DNA of 64,000 bases from Antedon mediterranea (taxonomy: Eukaryota; Animalia; Echinodermata): NCBI RefSeq assembly GCF_964355755.1, contig NC_092677.1, positions 22,493,175 through 22,557,174 of the forward strand. The letters are read 5' to 3'. Shown piece by piece: positions 24,817 through 38,872 of the stretch. The translations under genes were made by a program, and so were the position numbers. How positions within the stretch are numbered: position 1 is the stretch's first letter; each line of letters opens with the position of its first letter. The notes under the pieces were generated by a model. That model was not told where the DNA came from. It ran no database searches and saw only the letters and a program-made list of their open reading frames with translations.

Positions 24817-25019
24817 TCTTCAGAAGCAGACCTACACACTTCACACCTCACCGACAGCATCACTGATCCTCCGTTCCTTATCCTTAGTCAGTTAGTTAGC
24901 TGTATCATTATTATCGCACGTATCAAGTATTATACTGAATAAACAATGTGTTACAACAGTTAAGCGAGTAAGAGTCTTCATTACAAGTCAGTACCTCAAC
25001 AACACAACACTATATTACA

Positions 25020-25457
25020 CTAACATAAAGTTCAAACCTGTTAAAAACACCTGTTAGTGTACCATTTTCGGCTGGCGTGGCTGGCTGGTCGCCGATCGCC
25101 TCGACGGCTGGCGCCCAGTCTAGTGTGTCGAAAATTTCTCGGCCTCGATCCCCGAAGTATGTCATGAGGTAATTTACCTTCTGCAACTCGGTTTTCTCAG
25201 ATAATGGGCCGTTAAATGTAAATTGACAATGCTGCCTAAACCTCTTGAATTCTTTGTACAGGTCTACAGATGCCCAGTCCATCTGGGGCGTCTTTGATTT
25301 CGTAGCCATAATACTGGAATGTTCAGTAATATAGGCTAGCAAACACCGCTTGTCACCATGTTGTTTCTCTATATTGACTCACGTGTACAGACATACAAGA
25401 CAGGCACGTCTTCACTTGGTAACAGTACTTTATTGAGTGACTCGTTCATGTCATACA
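25020..25457 (-). mobile_element. gag: Gypsy 5' fragment: short LTR remnant, TGG-starting PBS and gag N-terminus
   Basis: ...AACAACA|TGGTGACAAGCGG, then MATKSKTPQMDWASVDLYKEFKRFRQHCQFTFNGPL...YLMTYFGDRGREIFDTL. Confidence 0.75.
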
Positions 25458-25921
25458 ATAGAGGGCTCACTACAGCGACGAACCACGCACTTCATAGCGT
25501 GACAAGAAAGCGCTAGGCCCCCTAAACATTTCATCGCGTGGTGAATTTCCGCATCTGCCATTGTCGCTATGGCGTCACGTAGTTCAAGTCGGACTTGCGC
25601 GAAGAAAATAATGTAATTTGTATACGGTTGTAAATAAAGATGATTTTCATTATTATAACTTATACCAATGTATATTTAATTAAGCTAATAAAAAAATAGA
25701 TATTTCATTCTTCAATATCTGGCCAATATAACAACTCAATGACTGTTACGTTTTTCATGAACATCGTTTAAAAACCATTTAGTCGACCATTTAGCCTGCC
25801 CCCTCCGGGACTAAAAAAATCGATCAAAATCCGTCTCGATTTAGTCGAGGTTGGCCTGAATTAGTCGGCGATTTAGTTGAAGTTCGGTTTATGAATTAAA
25901 ATGACGTCATTTTTAAAGTTT

Positions 25922-26481
25922 TTAATTCTTGAACATCCTGCCTCTTTTTTCCTGGTACTGTCCGGACTGTCCCCTTTGTCCGCTGGCGTGGGGATTTACC
26001 TGGTGTTGATAATAGTTTTGTCGATATGTCTGAGGGTTGTACCCTCTTTGAGGTAAAAAAGGTCTTCTTTGATGTGTAGTGTATGGGGGATATCTGCCTA
26101 CTTGTCCCTGGTTTTTCATAATCCTCCCTTCCAGTTTTGAGTCGGTCATAACCGGTTTTAAGTCATTGCCAAATAGCATTCTTTCAGGTTTGTTTTTTTT
26201 AGGTCTATGCTTAGTAGTGGTCTTAATGTGTTCCTCCTTTTATACGTTAGCTCTTTTTTGACAAAACCCAAGAGTTCTACAGAGTCAAACAGGCGGGTAG
26301 CTGTTAGCTTATAATCAGGAACCTTTTTGGATTCTTTCACCTTAAGCATATCTTCGATACAAATAGCAATAGCACTTGTGGCCTTTACGACTGAGTCCTG
26401 TAGGACTGCTACACGCAGATCCCTTTGTTTATTAAAAGACTTCAGTCTATTCCAAATGTGTTCATTTACTAGGGGGAACAT
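25922..26481 (-). pseudogene. DIRS-type (tyrosine-recombinase retrotransposon) gag-like ORF1 fragment
   Basis: PLVNEHIWNRL...RDLRVAVLQ...DSVELLG..ELTYKRRNTLRPLL...LFGNDL, with a frameshift. Confidence 0.7.
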
Positions 26482-26870
26482 ATAATTTATTTACATTACC
26501 AGGTATCTTATATCTCTCAATGATAGCCTTGCGTTTATCTAGACTCAGTGCAGATTCAAATTTTGCATTTATTATCTTTGCGATTTTTTCCGATATTTCA
26601 GGCCCAACAGTGTTATCGGAGACGTATCTATTTGATTAGGAGTGCCCTTGTGCCTATACTATGTTGGTCGGACTCATTCAAAATACCCGGGCTATATATT
26701 GTAAATTGTGCAGAAGAAATACGCCTCAAGACACATATAGTACAGTATAACTGTACTATTTATTTATCACCACTTCCAGTACAAAATTTTGTACTAAATA
26801 AATTGTAAAATTGAAATAACAATTTGTCTTTCTTCTTTATTAGTTCAATTCAATATGTTATGAATTATAA

Positions 26871-27460
26871 TTATCTTTGTAAATATTCTTCCAAAGTAGG
26901 AGGTTCTAGATCAAAATACTCTGATGTTTGTGAACTGTAAGCAATTGTGTGACAATTTGTCAACAAGGCACCTACAATGTAGTACTTGGCTACAGGCTGA
27001 AGAAAAATCTTCAGATTCTTTTTAAAATCTAGGAACGCAAAGTTAGCTAGGATTTTGCCAAACTGCCATTCGACACATTGCCATACGCTAGACATTCTTC
27101 TACTGAATATTTCTTCTTCCGGTGATGGCTGAGCTGCCTTGAAGGGATAAATTATATAATCCCTAATTGGATAGGCTGGATCGCCATACACACAATATGG
27201 TAACCCACCTCTTTCCCTTCGCATGTCTGTCTCAAAATACTCCATTATGTTGCTTGCTCGAAGCAGAGCGCAATCATGGCGCCTTCCCTCTATAGGACCA
27301 TACAAATTACAAATCATGCCATCAGGGCTTACAATTGATTGGAATTTCAGTGCATGTACTCTTTTGTGCCCGTTAAAGCACACCCTCTGATTGTGAGTAG
27401 GCTGGCATATTGGTCTCACGGTTCCATCTATGAACCCAATGCAGTTCTTAAAAGGGGCAC
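26871..27460 (-). pseudogene. PIF/Harbinger-type DDE transposase, catalytic C-terminal half
   Basis: GFIDGT, FNGHKRVHALKFQ, GRRHD, YGDPAYP and VEWQFGKI motifs. The N-terminus is missing. Confidence 0.85.
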
Positions 27461-29329
27461 CTTTTTTATTTACATAGTAAAGCGCCCTCTATTCACGTAT
27501 TTTGTTTTCAAAGTGCGAAACAACTTTTTTACAGTCTGCGGATATCGAAATACGAATTTGACGTATCGGTATCAGTAATTCGTAAAATGCGAAACCTGCC
27601 TAATATTTGTAGAATTATGTCAAAATTGTTGTATATTTACAGAATGTTTTCACTAGTTTCTGTATGTCTTACCTACATTTCATAAAAAACTAATATTTGT
27701 AAAAACTATGTCCAAGTTGTTGTATATCTATCTGTATTTTTCTGTATGTCTACATACATTTCATGTACATAAACAACTAATATTTGTAGAATTGTTCAAA
27801 TTATAATAATTAGACAAAACGACTGACAGACTATGATTATGTTGAATTGCAAAAGACATCTTTGATTCAATGTGGCTACACAATTACTGTAAAAATGGTA
27901 ATATTCACTATTACATCAATTTTCAAATATTTTCAACAACTTCTAATAGAAACTACTGTATTATATCTTAAAATGTTCAATTGTGCCACAAGACAAATTC
28001 TTGTCAATATCACAACTTGTACATTAATCTTCGCATGCAAACGAACTACCGGAGAAATAAAATACACTAATAAATAAAAAATGTCAGTATGTAAAAAAAA
28101 CAACCTGTATATATACACGTGCGAAGATTACCACATTTACAGTAATGTTAATAAGTACAACCCAATAGAAAAAGCTATCGGTCTGTGGGAGGCTAACAAA
28201 TTAGACACATTCAAAAAAATCATTCAAATCATGTTGTATAAACTTTATTCAAAACATTTTATGAAACATCTTACCGCTGTATCACTAGCTAGTGTTGCAC
28301 TAGCTTCCTCAGGTTATACTGTAGGTTAAATATGTAATAACACATGAACATGCATGGTTTTCTGTTATAGTGAACTTGCTTGGTGTCAAAGGATTGCTAC
28401 CTGTTAGGAAAGTAAGAACATGTATTGTTGGTTAAAGCTACTCTCTTTTATTCAACAAATTGATATTTTAAGTTAATAGATTTGGGATATTACCAGCTGA
28501 AATGATCAAAGAGACCAGCTACTGTGTTCCTATTTTTGAGATAGCTAAATTATCATCTAACTTCAATCTAGTATTCTGGCAATAAACTTGTTTTATAAAT
28601 AAGGTGACAAATGGCATAATTCTAAAACAATTAAACTTGCAGGACAGGATTTATAAGAATAAGTCTCACTACACACAATTACTGTACTGTATTCATCAAA
28701 ACATAACTTGAACTTAAATGTTTACCTGCATACAACATGGACTGACAACATCTGTCACTTCCTTTTGGAAATCGCCAATGCATGCAGATTCCTGTTTTAT
28801 AAATAAAAGATTAATGTAAAAATGGATTGCTTCAATGCGCTTTATCAGTCACGTGATAAGTATATGTAATACTGCTTTGTTATTGTTTTGAACGGTCACG
28901 TAATTCACACTGTAAAGATGGCAGCAATAATTACATCATTTAATTTAAAGATATTAAATATACTTACATCAACTGTAATAGTTATGACTTGCGGGGAATG
29001 ACTATAATAATGCGAAGTGGACGACTGTGTAAACTTTATAACTTTAATGTAAAACTCCAGATTTCAGATGGCTGTCAAAACCATATTGTGCACGTATTGT
29101 GTGGTGGAGGCGCTGTACACATTGCAGTTGTGTTCAGGCTTACAATATCATTACATCCCCTTTACTGAAAGATGGAAAATATATGTATCAAAATGTGATT
29201 TACTTTAGGCATAATAGATTAACTTGAATACATGCTGGATATCTTTAGCATGAGTATGAATATAAGAAAACATGATTTTTCTACTGACTTTGAAAACATG
29301 TCTACCTTATTTGAAACCTGAGCTAAGAC

Positions 29330-32300
29330 TAACTACATAGGGCGAATCTTGGACGAATCATGGCCATTGCTTGGCCGTTCCCCATCTATTTTTACCAGCC
29401 AATCGGCTCCCATACAGGAGTAGGACTGGTCGATTATCGACTGGGGTGGCACCACACCTAATTCGTTACACTGCCCCCCTCTCAGACGTATCGGTCCCTC
29501 GATACTCCAATTTCCATAAGAAAACTTCATATAAATATCTATATCCAATCTGCAGACAGTACTGTTTCGATCTTCTTAGATCTCGTCAATGCAGCTCAGA
29601 TTTCGAAATGAAATATACCGCAAAACTGGCACAATATATAGGCTGAGCCAGGTATGCGGGACATGGTACACTGATTATGAACACAAAGAGTGCACAAGCT
29701 CAACGAGCGTGCTTTGCAAAATGCTAATAGTATTCACAACAAAAATGCACCATTTTGAAATAAAGAGTGCTCTACAAAACAACATACTATATATTTATAT
29801 AGCAGAAAGTAGAGGAGCTTAATATCCAATCTGCAGAAAGTACTGTTTCGATCTTCTTAGATCTCGTCACTGCAGCTCAGGTTTCGAAATGAAATGTACC
29901 GCAGAACTGGCACAATATATTATATATTTTTTTTAAAACAACTTTTACAAAAATACAACATAAGTGGTATAAAAGTTAAAAGTAAAATCAGATCATTCAT
30001 ACATCATATCATTTTAGAGTCATTATTTATCATAGAGTTCAATCAGTAATAGTCATTCATGGTGTAATCCCGAGAGTTCAATCAGCAAACATAATCATGA
30101 GCATCAATCTCACAAATAATCATAGTTAAATTACTGCCTCATAACTGTAAGTAATCATCATTCTTCCATCCAGGGTGTATACTCGTGTCGTGATTACTTC
30201 TCTCCACTTCTCTCCCTTCCTATACTGGATCTCTTGAACAGTCTCGCGGACACTCTGCACCCTCCCTTTCAAAATCTCAGTTAAATTAACTAGTGTGCGG
30301 GCGGTCCCCATAGGCTCCTCCACTGCCGTGGCCTCACTTCCACTACCCTCCTCACGACAACACGCCGTATCATCCGCCCCCAACAACCTTAACATATTCC
30401 GGGGCTTCCCGGACGGGACCGGAATCAGTTCCTCCTCTGCTTTCGCCTCGGGTCTAAAGAGAGAATCAGATCCGGGTGTTGTGATGAGGTCATCTCCAGG
30501 CAACCCCGGTTCCTTCATCGGTTCACTGGCCGTGTCGCTCTTTCGGACAGCTCGCTCCGGCGTCCTCCGCAGGCGGTGGAACCTTTTGAAGTTAAAAGAG
30601 AATTTAAATGAGTATGTGACCTGTGCGCGACCCATGAAAATGTTACAATTGAGGTTTTTTGGCAATGATGCCCAACACTGAAGGAGTTGAGGTACACACC
30701 TGATTTTTTTGTCATACATAGATCTAACACATACATATACTTGGTTGAAGTTTCAATGACCTGGCGAACTGCCCACATGGGGAACCATCCATCTGAAAAG
30801 TGATTTTTTAATTTTTCAGGGGTGGGTCCGACTTTAAGGTCTAACCATACCTCCATTGATTATCTGATTAGGCTATATTTGCTTAGGATTACATACCTGT
30901 ACCTAGAGATCATGTATACACAATTTTACCTTCGTCAGACCTACGGTACGGGCACTAGGTAAACGTAAAATGTCAAAAAAAGAAAGTTGCGACAAATATC
31001 CTTCATTTTAAAGAGCTAATAACTTTGAAATGTAGTAAGATACACTGTTTCTGATTGCATATATATGTAAGTACACCCACAGAATACCCAGGGTAACAAG
31101 TTTCAGCTTTCTATCTTTTTTCAATCAAAAGTTATGGGTCTTTTAAAATGACGGAAAGGACATTGACGCGACGCGCAACAAAAAAGTAAAGGGGGCGTGG
31201 CATATTTCGGAGGGCCGTATTTTAAAAACGACTGGGACTTCGGGTCTAAAATGTTCTGGTGTTCATTATTTACATAAAGGAACATTTTGGAGAATTTTAA
31301 GCAAAATTCAAGGGGGTCACCTGGCGACTTTTCTGAAATTTAGGTGATTTGGCATGGAATGACCCTCCAACTTCCAGCTTATAGCACTTCCGTCATCGGA
31401 CTCCCATCTCCGGTACAGAACTCCGTCCCGCAGCTCCAGTAAGTCCCATAACTGCCAGTATGTTTTGTCAGTCCGGCTCAATCCTGCCATCTCTTCCCAC
31501 GTTGGCCGGGGTCTACCTTGTTCCTTGGTTTCCATGACCCACTGCAGTGTGTCCTCCAACTGGGCTCTACAAACGTCTTCGAGGTTGGCTCTTGGTTGTA
31601 ATTGTACTAGTCGCACAAAGGCATTCGGTTTTAAGGTACACATCGTCAGATCCATCTCGGTTTCTATGGGTGTCCATGCATCCATCTTCTTCTGTAGTCT
31701 GTCCGCCGCTTTGCCACATTGACCACACGGTTTCCTTGATAGCCCATCGGCGTTTCCATGTTTTAGTCCGGGTCGGTGGATCACTTCAAAATCATATTCC
31801 CCTATCGCTTGTAGCCATCTGGCAAGTTGTCCTTCCGGCTCCTTTTTAGCCAGCGCAATGACGCGTGGCACGTCCGAATTAGAATGTGACGTCCATAGAG
31901 ACACTGACGATGATGCTTTAAGTACACTACCACGGCCAGTAGCTCTCGTCTAGTAGCACTGTAATTTCGTTCCGATTTACTTAGCGTACGGCTTGCATAA
32001 CTGATGACCCTTTCTTCCTGTCCCTGGATTTGCGATAGCACCCCACCAATTCCAACATCGCTCGCATCAGTGTCCAATATGAACTGTCCCTCGGCTAACG
32101 GGTAAGCTAACACGGGTGATCGCATCAATCGTTCTTTCAATTCCACAAAAGCTCCCTCACAATCTGCATCCCATGAGAATCGTCTGGCCTTCTCTGTCAG
32201 TCTATACAACGGTACCTTCACGGCTTCGATCTTGGTCGGATCATTCATCACGGCTGCATGAGAGACTCGATGCCCCAGATATGACACCTCCTGTTTGAAC

Positions 32301-34650
32301 AGGGTACATTTCTTCGGTTTTAATTTCAGACCCGCTCCTCGCAATCGGTTAAAGACTTCCCTGAGGCGATTGATCACTTCCTCCACAGTCCTCACGTATA
32401 CAATTACGTCGTAGGTACACCAGTAGTATGTCCCATTGCAACCCCGACAACACGCGTTCCATTAGCCTTTCAAATGTTGAAGGGGCGTAGCACAGTCCGA
32501 ACAGCATCACCTTCCAGGAATACAGTCCTCCTCGCACCACAAACGCAGATTTAGCCTTAGCGTCCTCGTCCAATTCCACCTGCCAATACGCTGAAGCGAG
32601 GTCTAAAGTGGAGAACCACCGATCCTGACAGTGCATCGAGTGAGTCGTTTATCCTAGGTATGGAATAGGCATCCTTTATTATTATGTGGTGTTTTACCTC
32701 GCCTGTCCTTCCCAAGTCAAAGTCTCACTTCGAGAACACATGTTGGAATTCTGTCAACAGTGAAGCGATCGGTCCGTGGTATTGACCGTCGATGGCCGTC
32801 ACACTTCGTTTCAATAAATCCTCCAAGTGCTCAGGTACTCCTCTGCCGGAAACTGGCGTCGTCGGGTTATGTTTTGTTTCGATTTGTTCTTCTGATATAG
32901 GTGTTAATTTCCTCGAAGGACTCGCCGTTCTTTCCCCGGGTGAAGGCCCGTAACGGTAGTTTCCCGTCCTCCACCTTCACCAGTGTTCATGCTAGAATCA
33001 AGCCATTTTTCGCCATTTCCTCCTCTTGGTTAGGCTCCACCATTCCTACCACCGGGTGGCTTGTCAACAACCTGGCGTGGCCTGGTAGGATCACGGTTGT
33101 GTCTTCGATCGTTATGCTACAGTAGAATTGAATTTGTTACCTATCCTGGCCCAGTCAAGTTAATTACTTCGCCGCCAATTTTTCATTTGGAGTTTCCCTA
33201 GATCCAATAATGATCCCGTTGATGTGAGTACGTCCATCCTGAGTAATCCGTTAACCTTCAGGTTCGCAGACGTCACCCTGACAGATTGAAATGTTGGGCC
33301 GACTTTTAGTCGGACGTACGCACATCCGATGGTCTCCAGTGAAGTTCCATCTGCTTGTTGGAGGTTCCTCCTGGCCTTCTCCAGTCCTGGTCGCCCTTCT
33401 CTTGGTATTTCGTAGTATATATTAGAGGACATGACAGTGTCGGAAGATCCCGTATCAACCAGTAGGGTAGTTTTGATTCCGTTGACCTCGGCTGGTGCGT
33501 AAAGTCCTTCCATGGGGGTGTACTTCGAATGTGTCCTCTTTTCTGGCACGTCTATGGTTTCGCTGTCGTGTTTCTCCGCTTCCTTGCATCTGTTTGGAGG
33601 TTGGGTCCTCGGTCTCTACCAGCCGTCCCTTGACCCCTGGAGTCGGCTGTCCATCGTTTCCCGATTGGCGCTGGAGAACCTCAGGACACATCCGTGCAAT
33701 GTGCCCTTCCTGGTGACAATTGTAGCACTGTATCGTCTTTCTTTGCTGCCACATCCTTCTATCCTCTCATGGTCGGTTTTCCACTGCCGGCGACGGCGTC
33801 CAATTCGACCGCTGGTTCGCCTCCATTCCTTCCATCCAGCTGGTTATTCTCCTCTCGAAAGCCGCCTGCCTCAATTCTTCCTCGGGTATGATTGGCCTAA
33901 CGTATTTTGCAGGCTGTTTTGGGTGGAAGGTGTTGCTCGGAAGATTCCTTCCCTTATTTTAGGTCTTCCCACTGCCTCCATGTAGTGTCCTTTAGCTAGG
34001 CGTTCCACCCCGGCCTCGTCAAATCCAGGATATGCCAGATATGCCAGTTCTCAAACAGCCTGCCCCAGTTCTTGTAGGCTCTTTTTTGGTCCTTGCCTTC
34101 TCAGTCGTAACGACATTAGGTGATTTTCGGCTTTCCGTCCCGATCCGAACCTCTGTTCCAGAGCATCCAGCAATTTTTGTAAGTTATCTCCCGTCCTTGG
34201 CTAGCCCCGAGGACCTTTAGAGCTTGCCTCTTCAGACTTGCTTTTAAGAATGCTCCAGCCTGTTTATCGTCCCAGGAATTCGCAGCTTTACATGCCTAAA
34301 AGTGTTGTGCATAATCCCTCCAGGCTGTCTTCCCTTCGTATCTGTCTGGAGTGATAACTTGCTTCCACTTTGTCAATATATGTCACTAGTTTGTTATCTT
34401 CGCCATCTCTAATTTCTCGTTTCTGTTCTAATTCACTTACAATTGTATCTACCAATTTCACTTTGTCGCCATATCTCTCGTCAAGCCTGGACTGGACTCT
34501 TCCATTGCTTGCTGTATTGTCTTTATGACTCTGGTCATAGCACCTTTCTGCACACTACGTCTTCTTTTTATCTCATCCATTTCAATGGATTGTAGTAAAG
34601 ATACGAATTTCGAATGTAAGACACAAAAAAAGAATACACTGCGCCCTCAC
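29330..34650 (-). mobile_element. Decayed Gypsy element: gag-pol, extra 3' ORF remnant, PPT and truncated 3' LTR
   Basis: CYNCHQEGHIARMC, LVDTGS, FSTLDLASAYWQ, FILDTDASDVG and KHGNADGLSR motifs with many frameshifts. The PPT gagaggggggcag abuts TGTAACG at 29470. Confidence 0.8.
30580..31363. mobile_element. Non-coding DNA-transposon fragment replacing the integrase region of the Gypsy element
   Basis: Abrupt composition change and a terminus reading GGGTCATTCCATGCCAAATCACC on the minus strand at about 31363. The left boundary is approximate. Confidence 0.5.
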
Positions 34651-37056
34651 TGTTGTTATACGACTCAATCTCAAACTTTAATGCAACGTAAAATATGGTA
34701 CACACGAAATATTAATTTGTATGGTATTTGTTCGAAATCTGTAAGATATAATAATAACTCGCAAATTAAGCAATTGCTATAGTGCCATCTATATGAAAAT
34801 CACTCAAGCGTGACGACCGATGTACGCGACAATCGGTACGATCGGACAAAATGAGTACACTATAAATAACTAAACTATAGGAATATCGTCAGCGGTGGTT
34901 CTAAACAATGTAACTATCCACATAACACATGAAATATAAACACTATGATTATCAAATTCTATGTTGTTAAATCCAGGTGATCTGTAAATATATCTACGTT
35001 AACATTTCTGTATACTAGCTATCATTATACAAGTTTGCGTACGTAACATTTACACAAGATGGATGCCAAAATCGAAAACTACATGCATCCTCATCAACAC
35101 TTATGCATAGACTAATTATTAAATATTATAACGTTGATTCTAATTATGATCTAACAATGATTAACTATACTAATACTCACTCTTGAGCTCTTAATTAACA
35201 ACCGAAAATTAAACTGTAGTTAACAATAATATGCCGTGTCTCAGAAAATCACACACGTGCGTCTTATTACTGCTTCTCGTTACCTACACTACATAAAAAA
35301 TCACAACATAAACATAGAGGGCGTACTTCAAATATCCTAAACGATACAATAATATGATGAAATGTGATCTAAATTTTAATTAGTGGCAGAAAAAAACCAT
35401 TCAGTATGACATTTAGGATGTTGCCCGGGCAACTGGGGCAACACCCCTGCGTCCGCCCCTGACATTATACTACCACAAGACAGCCAATAGCTCACTAATA
35501 ATGAAGCTTTATTTGAGGTCTTGATGAGCACAATTCTTGGCCTACAGCCATACACTTTTGTTATTTTATTTTTTTCTTCAAAGATGTATTGTACCCTTAA
35601 AAAACTTATAATTAACATGCTGAAGTATAAAAAAATTAATCAGATTTTCAAAGTATAATTGGTAAAATAAACATAACATTCTACTCAGAAGAATCATGGT
35701 AATGGTTATTTATATTACGCCAATTTCTAATCTCAAATTGTTAATTTTGATGATACTTCAAAATGACGATTTAAAATTAATTTTTATAAATAGTTTGTTT
35801 TTTTTTTCAGGGAATTACCTTTAAGATTAAATATATATTTTTGAAACCTAGGAATACTGGTAGTAGTTTCCAAAATTGAATGTTAGCATTGTAATTCTGT
35901 GCATTATAACTATGATGACAATCCAGCAAATTAAGTAGGCAACATTTAATAAATTACACAGTACAGTGTTTGCTTACCTGTAGTGAATGGTCACGGTCTT
36001 CACACAAATAAATTATGGAATATGTGCTTATTGATAACAATGCATCATTATCATCGACCTCAGTCCCATCCTCAAGGCATAGAAATCCAGTGAAGCAAAA
36101 TTTAGTTTAGTCTGTAAACAAATTAAATAAATTTGTTTTACAAAATTTCCTACCCTGGCAATTCCATTCATTCGGACGTACATATTGGTAGATTCCTCAT
36201 TTACTGGATATTCATTTATAAGTCTATTCTGTGATTACCTATTATATGAGTACTAATCATCCGAACAAATTTAATCTCATTATATTGTGGATAAAATGGC
36301 CCAATCTGTGATGGACGTATGCAGAGAAAAGCATTTTTTAGGTCTTTCTTAGTCAACATCATGCAACATGCACAACATTCTGTATTAGCAAGACATTAAA
36401 TAACTGATTAAAAAGAATATATATTGCATTTTACCTGTCAAAATTCTTAATTATAAAACCTTTTATTAAATGGTGTTACAACCAACTTAAAGTCACAAAT
36501 AACGCACTAAAAAGGCAAATTGAGGCCCAAAGTAGGCCAAACAATCTAGGCTAATAATATTCGGAATAATAGGCCTACGTTTACAATTAGGCACTAGGTA
36601 GCGCCTCTCTAGGCGGCCTACTAGCCTATCTCTTCTATATTGGCATAATTGTATTATATTTTCAATTTCATGTGTCGGCGGCCGCCCACATGTGTGTCAG
36701 AGCCTCTTATTAGTCTCATCTTGTGGCGTCACGTCATGATCGATGATTATCGTCGTGATGCCATCATGACAGGGCCACAAATCACATCAATATGACAGTC
36801 AATTGCAACAAAAATACAAATAGAGGCACTTTAGAATATACATAAACATCTGTAGGTCATTATAGAATAGGATTAGTGGCACCGTTAGCTATAAATTTAC
36901 CTTAAAATGAAAAAGAAAATAGTTGCGCGCAAAGTTTTATAATTGCGTGGAAAGTTCCATCACGCAGGTTGCCATCACGTGATATGTGGATGGTGCTTTT
37001 GCTTTGTTAACTAATGTAGTTCCCCAAAAATGCGGGTTTACTCAAACAATTCAGTA

Positions 37057-37843
37057 AGCCCCTTTCTCACAGATGTGCCTGCAATATACCGGTATTATCA
37101 TGGGGTCGTGCCGGTATCGTTACCGGCATATACCCATTCTCATCGGACTATCGTGCCGGAAATATAACCGGTATATACTGGCTTTCTGTGAGAAAGGAGT
37201 CGGGCATATTCGGCCAATAAAAAGTCTGACAAAATAATTATTGAGCGCGTCCTTTATTGTTATTATTTTTGTCTAGCGATATATGGCGGCGAATTTTAAG
37301 TTACAGATTATTATCTTCCTTTATAGCATGTTTATGCAATACATGCTATGTACTGTATATTGTGCATATATTATACAGGTACAGCAATTAATTAGCCGTT
37401 ATCGGCAATCTGTAAAACATTTTAGAAGGCTGTACAATTTACAAGGCGACGAAGGGTCAGGCACCAACAAAGAGCTAAATGGCCTAGGCCTATAGCTTTT
37501 CTTCTTGTCCCCTTATTTAAGCAGCTCTCTTATCTTATTATCCCTCCAGTTCGACATTATTATTGTTAATTGATTTGAATCGGCGCCAAAGTGATACAAT
37601 TGACTGCCCAAGGTGTCAAAGCCTCGACGGGGAATTAAATATAACCCCGGAATATAACGGCGTTACATTCTCACAGAATGCCCGTCTGGCATTGCGGGGA
37701 ATATCCCTAGAATATTACTAGGTCTGAAGCAGGTCATGTCGATGCCGGCATGATGCCAAGACGACCCGTTCTCACAAAAAACCAGCATGGTAATGGTATA
37801 TTCCCGCAATATTCCTGGCACACAGCTCTGTGAGAAAGGGGCT
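37057..37843. mobile_element. MITE with perfect 17-bp TIRs
   Basis: AGCCCCTTTCTCACAGA ... TCTGTGAGAAAGGGGCT, flanked by TA on both sides, with internal TTCTCACA motif copies. Confidence 0.85.
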
Positions 37844-38024
37844 TATGAGAAAAACTATTCAACTTTTATTAACAAATCCTTAACTTATAAATGAAATGGT
37901 ATGGTAGGCCTAATTAAGAAGTTAATCACATTCAGTAAATGTAATGTGTATGTTGTACGTGGATAAAAATGTCTTCTAAAACCACGGAAATAACTACAAC
38001 AAAAATGTTGTTAAATTCCAAAAT

Positions 38025-38231
38025 TACGGTGGCCTGTAAGTGTCGCGGCAATTTTCAAATAATATCACTACAACTTTAAAAAAAACACCACAGCAATTTG
38101 AAAAAAAGCCACGGCAAATTAAAAATAAAACATCGCGGCAATTTAATAAAAATACCACGGCAACTTAAAAATGAAACACCACGGCAAATTAGTATTGAAA
38201 CACCACGGCAAATTACAGAATGCCACGGCGG
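38025..38231 (+). repeat. DNA-transposon terminus (TACGGTGGCC, possibly IS3EU-like) with subterminal ~21-24-bp CCACGGCAA repeats
   Basis: About seven degenerate cacggcaa-like units spaced 20-25 bp apart. Confidence 0.5.
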
Positions 38232-38872
38232 AGTTACGAGGGTGGCAGTGACCCCGTTGAAATCTTCAATTTTTTCTGTTCATGCATTGATGTAAATATT
38301 ATATTAATCTATTTAACTGCAGTTATGTGTTTATTTCACTAGGCCTACTACTAGACTAAGACCTAGGCCTTACTCTCTTAAATTGATTTTTCAACTTTTG
38401 GCCGACTGTGATTAGATCGATTTAAAGTTTGCAAATCTCAACTGTACCGATTGAAGCATTTCAATCGAAGGTGATTGGAAACTTCTTTTTTTTCAGCCAA
38501 AATCGATTGAATTTTTTTTTTTATAGTGATTACTACTGTAAAGATAATAATATTTGGGACATTTGCTGTTTTTTTTTTTGTAATTTCCATACTTCCCAAA
38601 TATAATTAAAGGAGACAGGCCAACTGGACAGATCTTAAAATGCTACGACGACAATATAGAAATAGCGTTTGTTGTTATGATAAATACAATTAATAATTAA
38701 ATACACTATTTTCTATCTTGTTTTTATTAAACATTAGAACTTAGATAAGCATCTGCAATATCGCCCTTAGTGATGAGTGCATCCGTCAAAACTACAATAA
38801 CTGTTTCATTTATGAATTTAATGCCCTAACACATGAGATGCCATCTACCCAAACTACAATTTACTGTTACTC

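Noticed and set aside
25922-26481. Linking the DIRS gag fragment to the YR gene at 48-55 kb
   Set aside because: They are more than 20 kb apart with unrelated elements between them. The YR is spliced and has no adjacent RT/RNase H, unlike DIRS.
30515-30856. 113-aa minus-strand ORF, and the N-terminal part of ORF 30126-30719
   Set aside because: Both run through an AT-rich non-coding DNA-element insertion and are probably spurious read-through.
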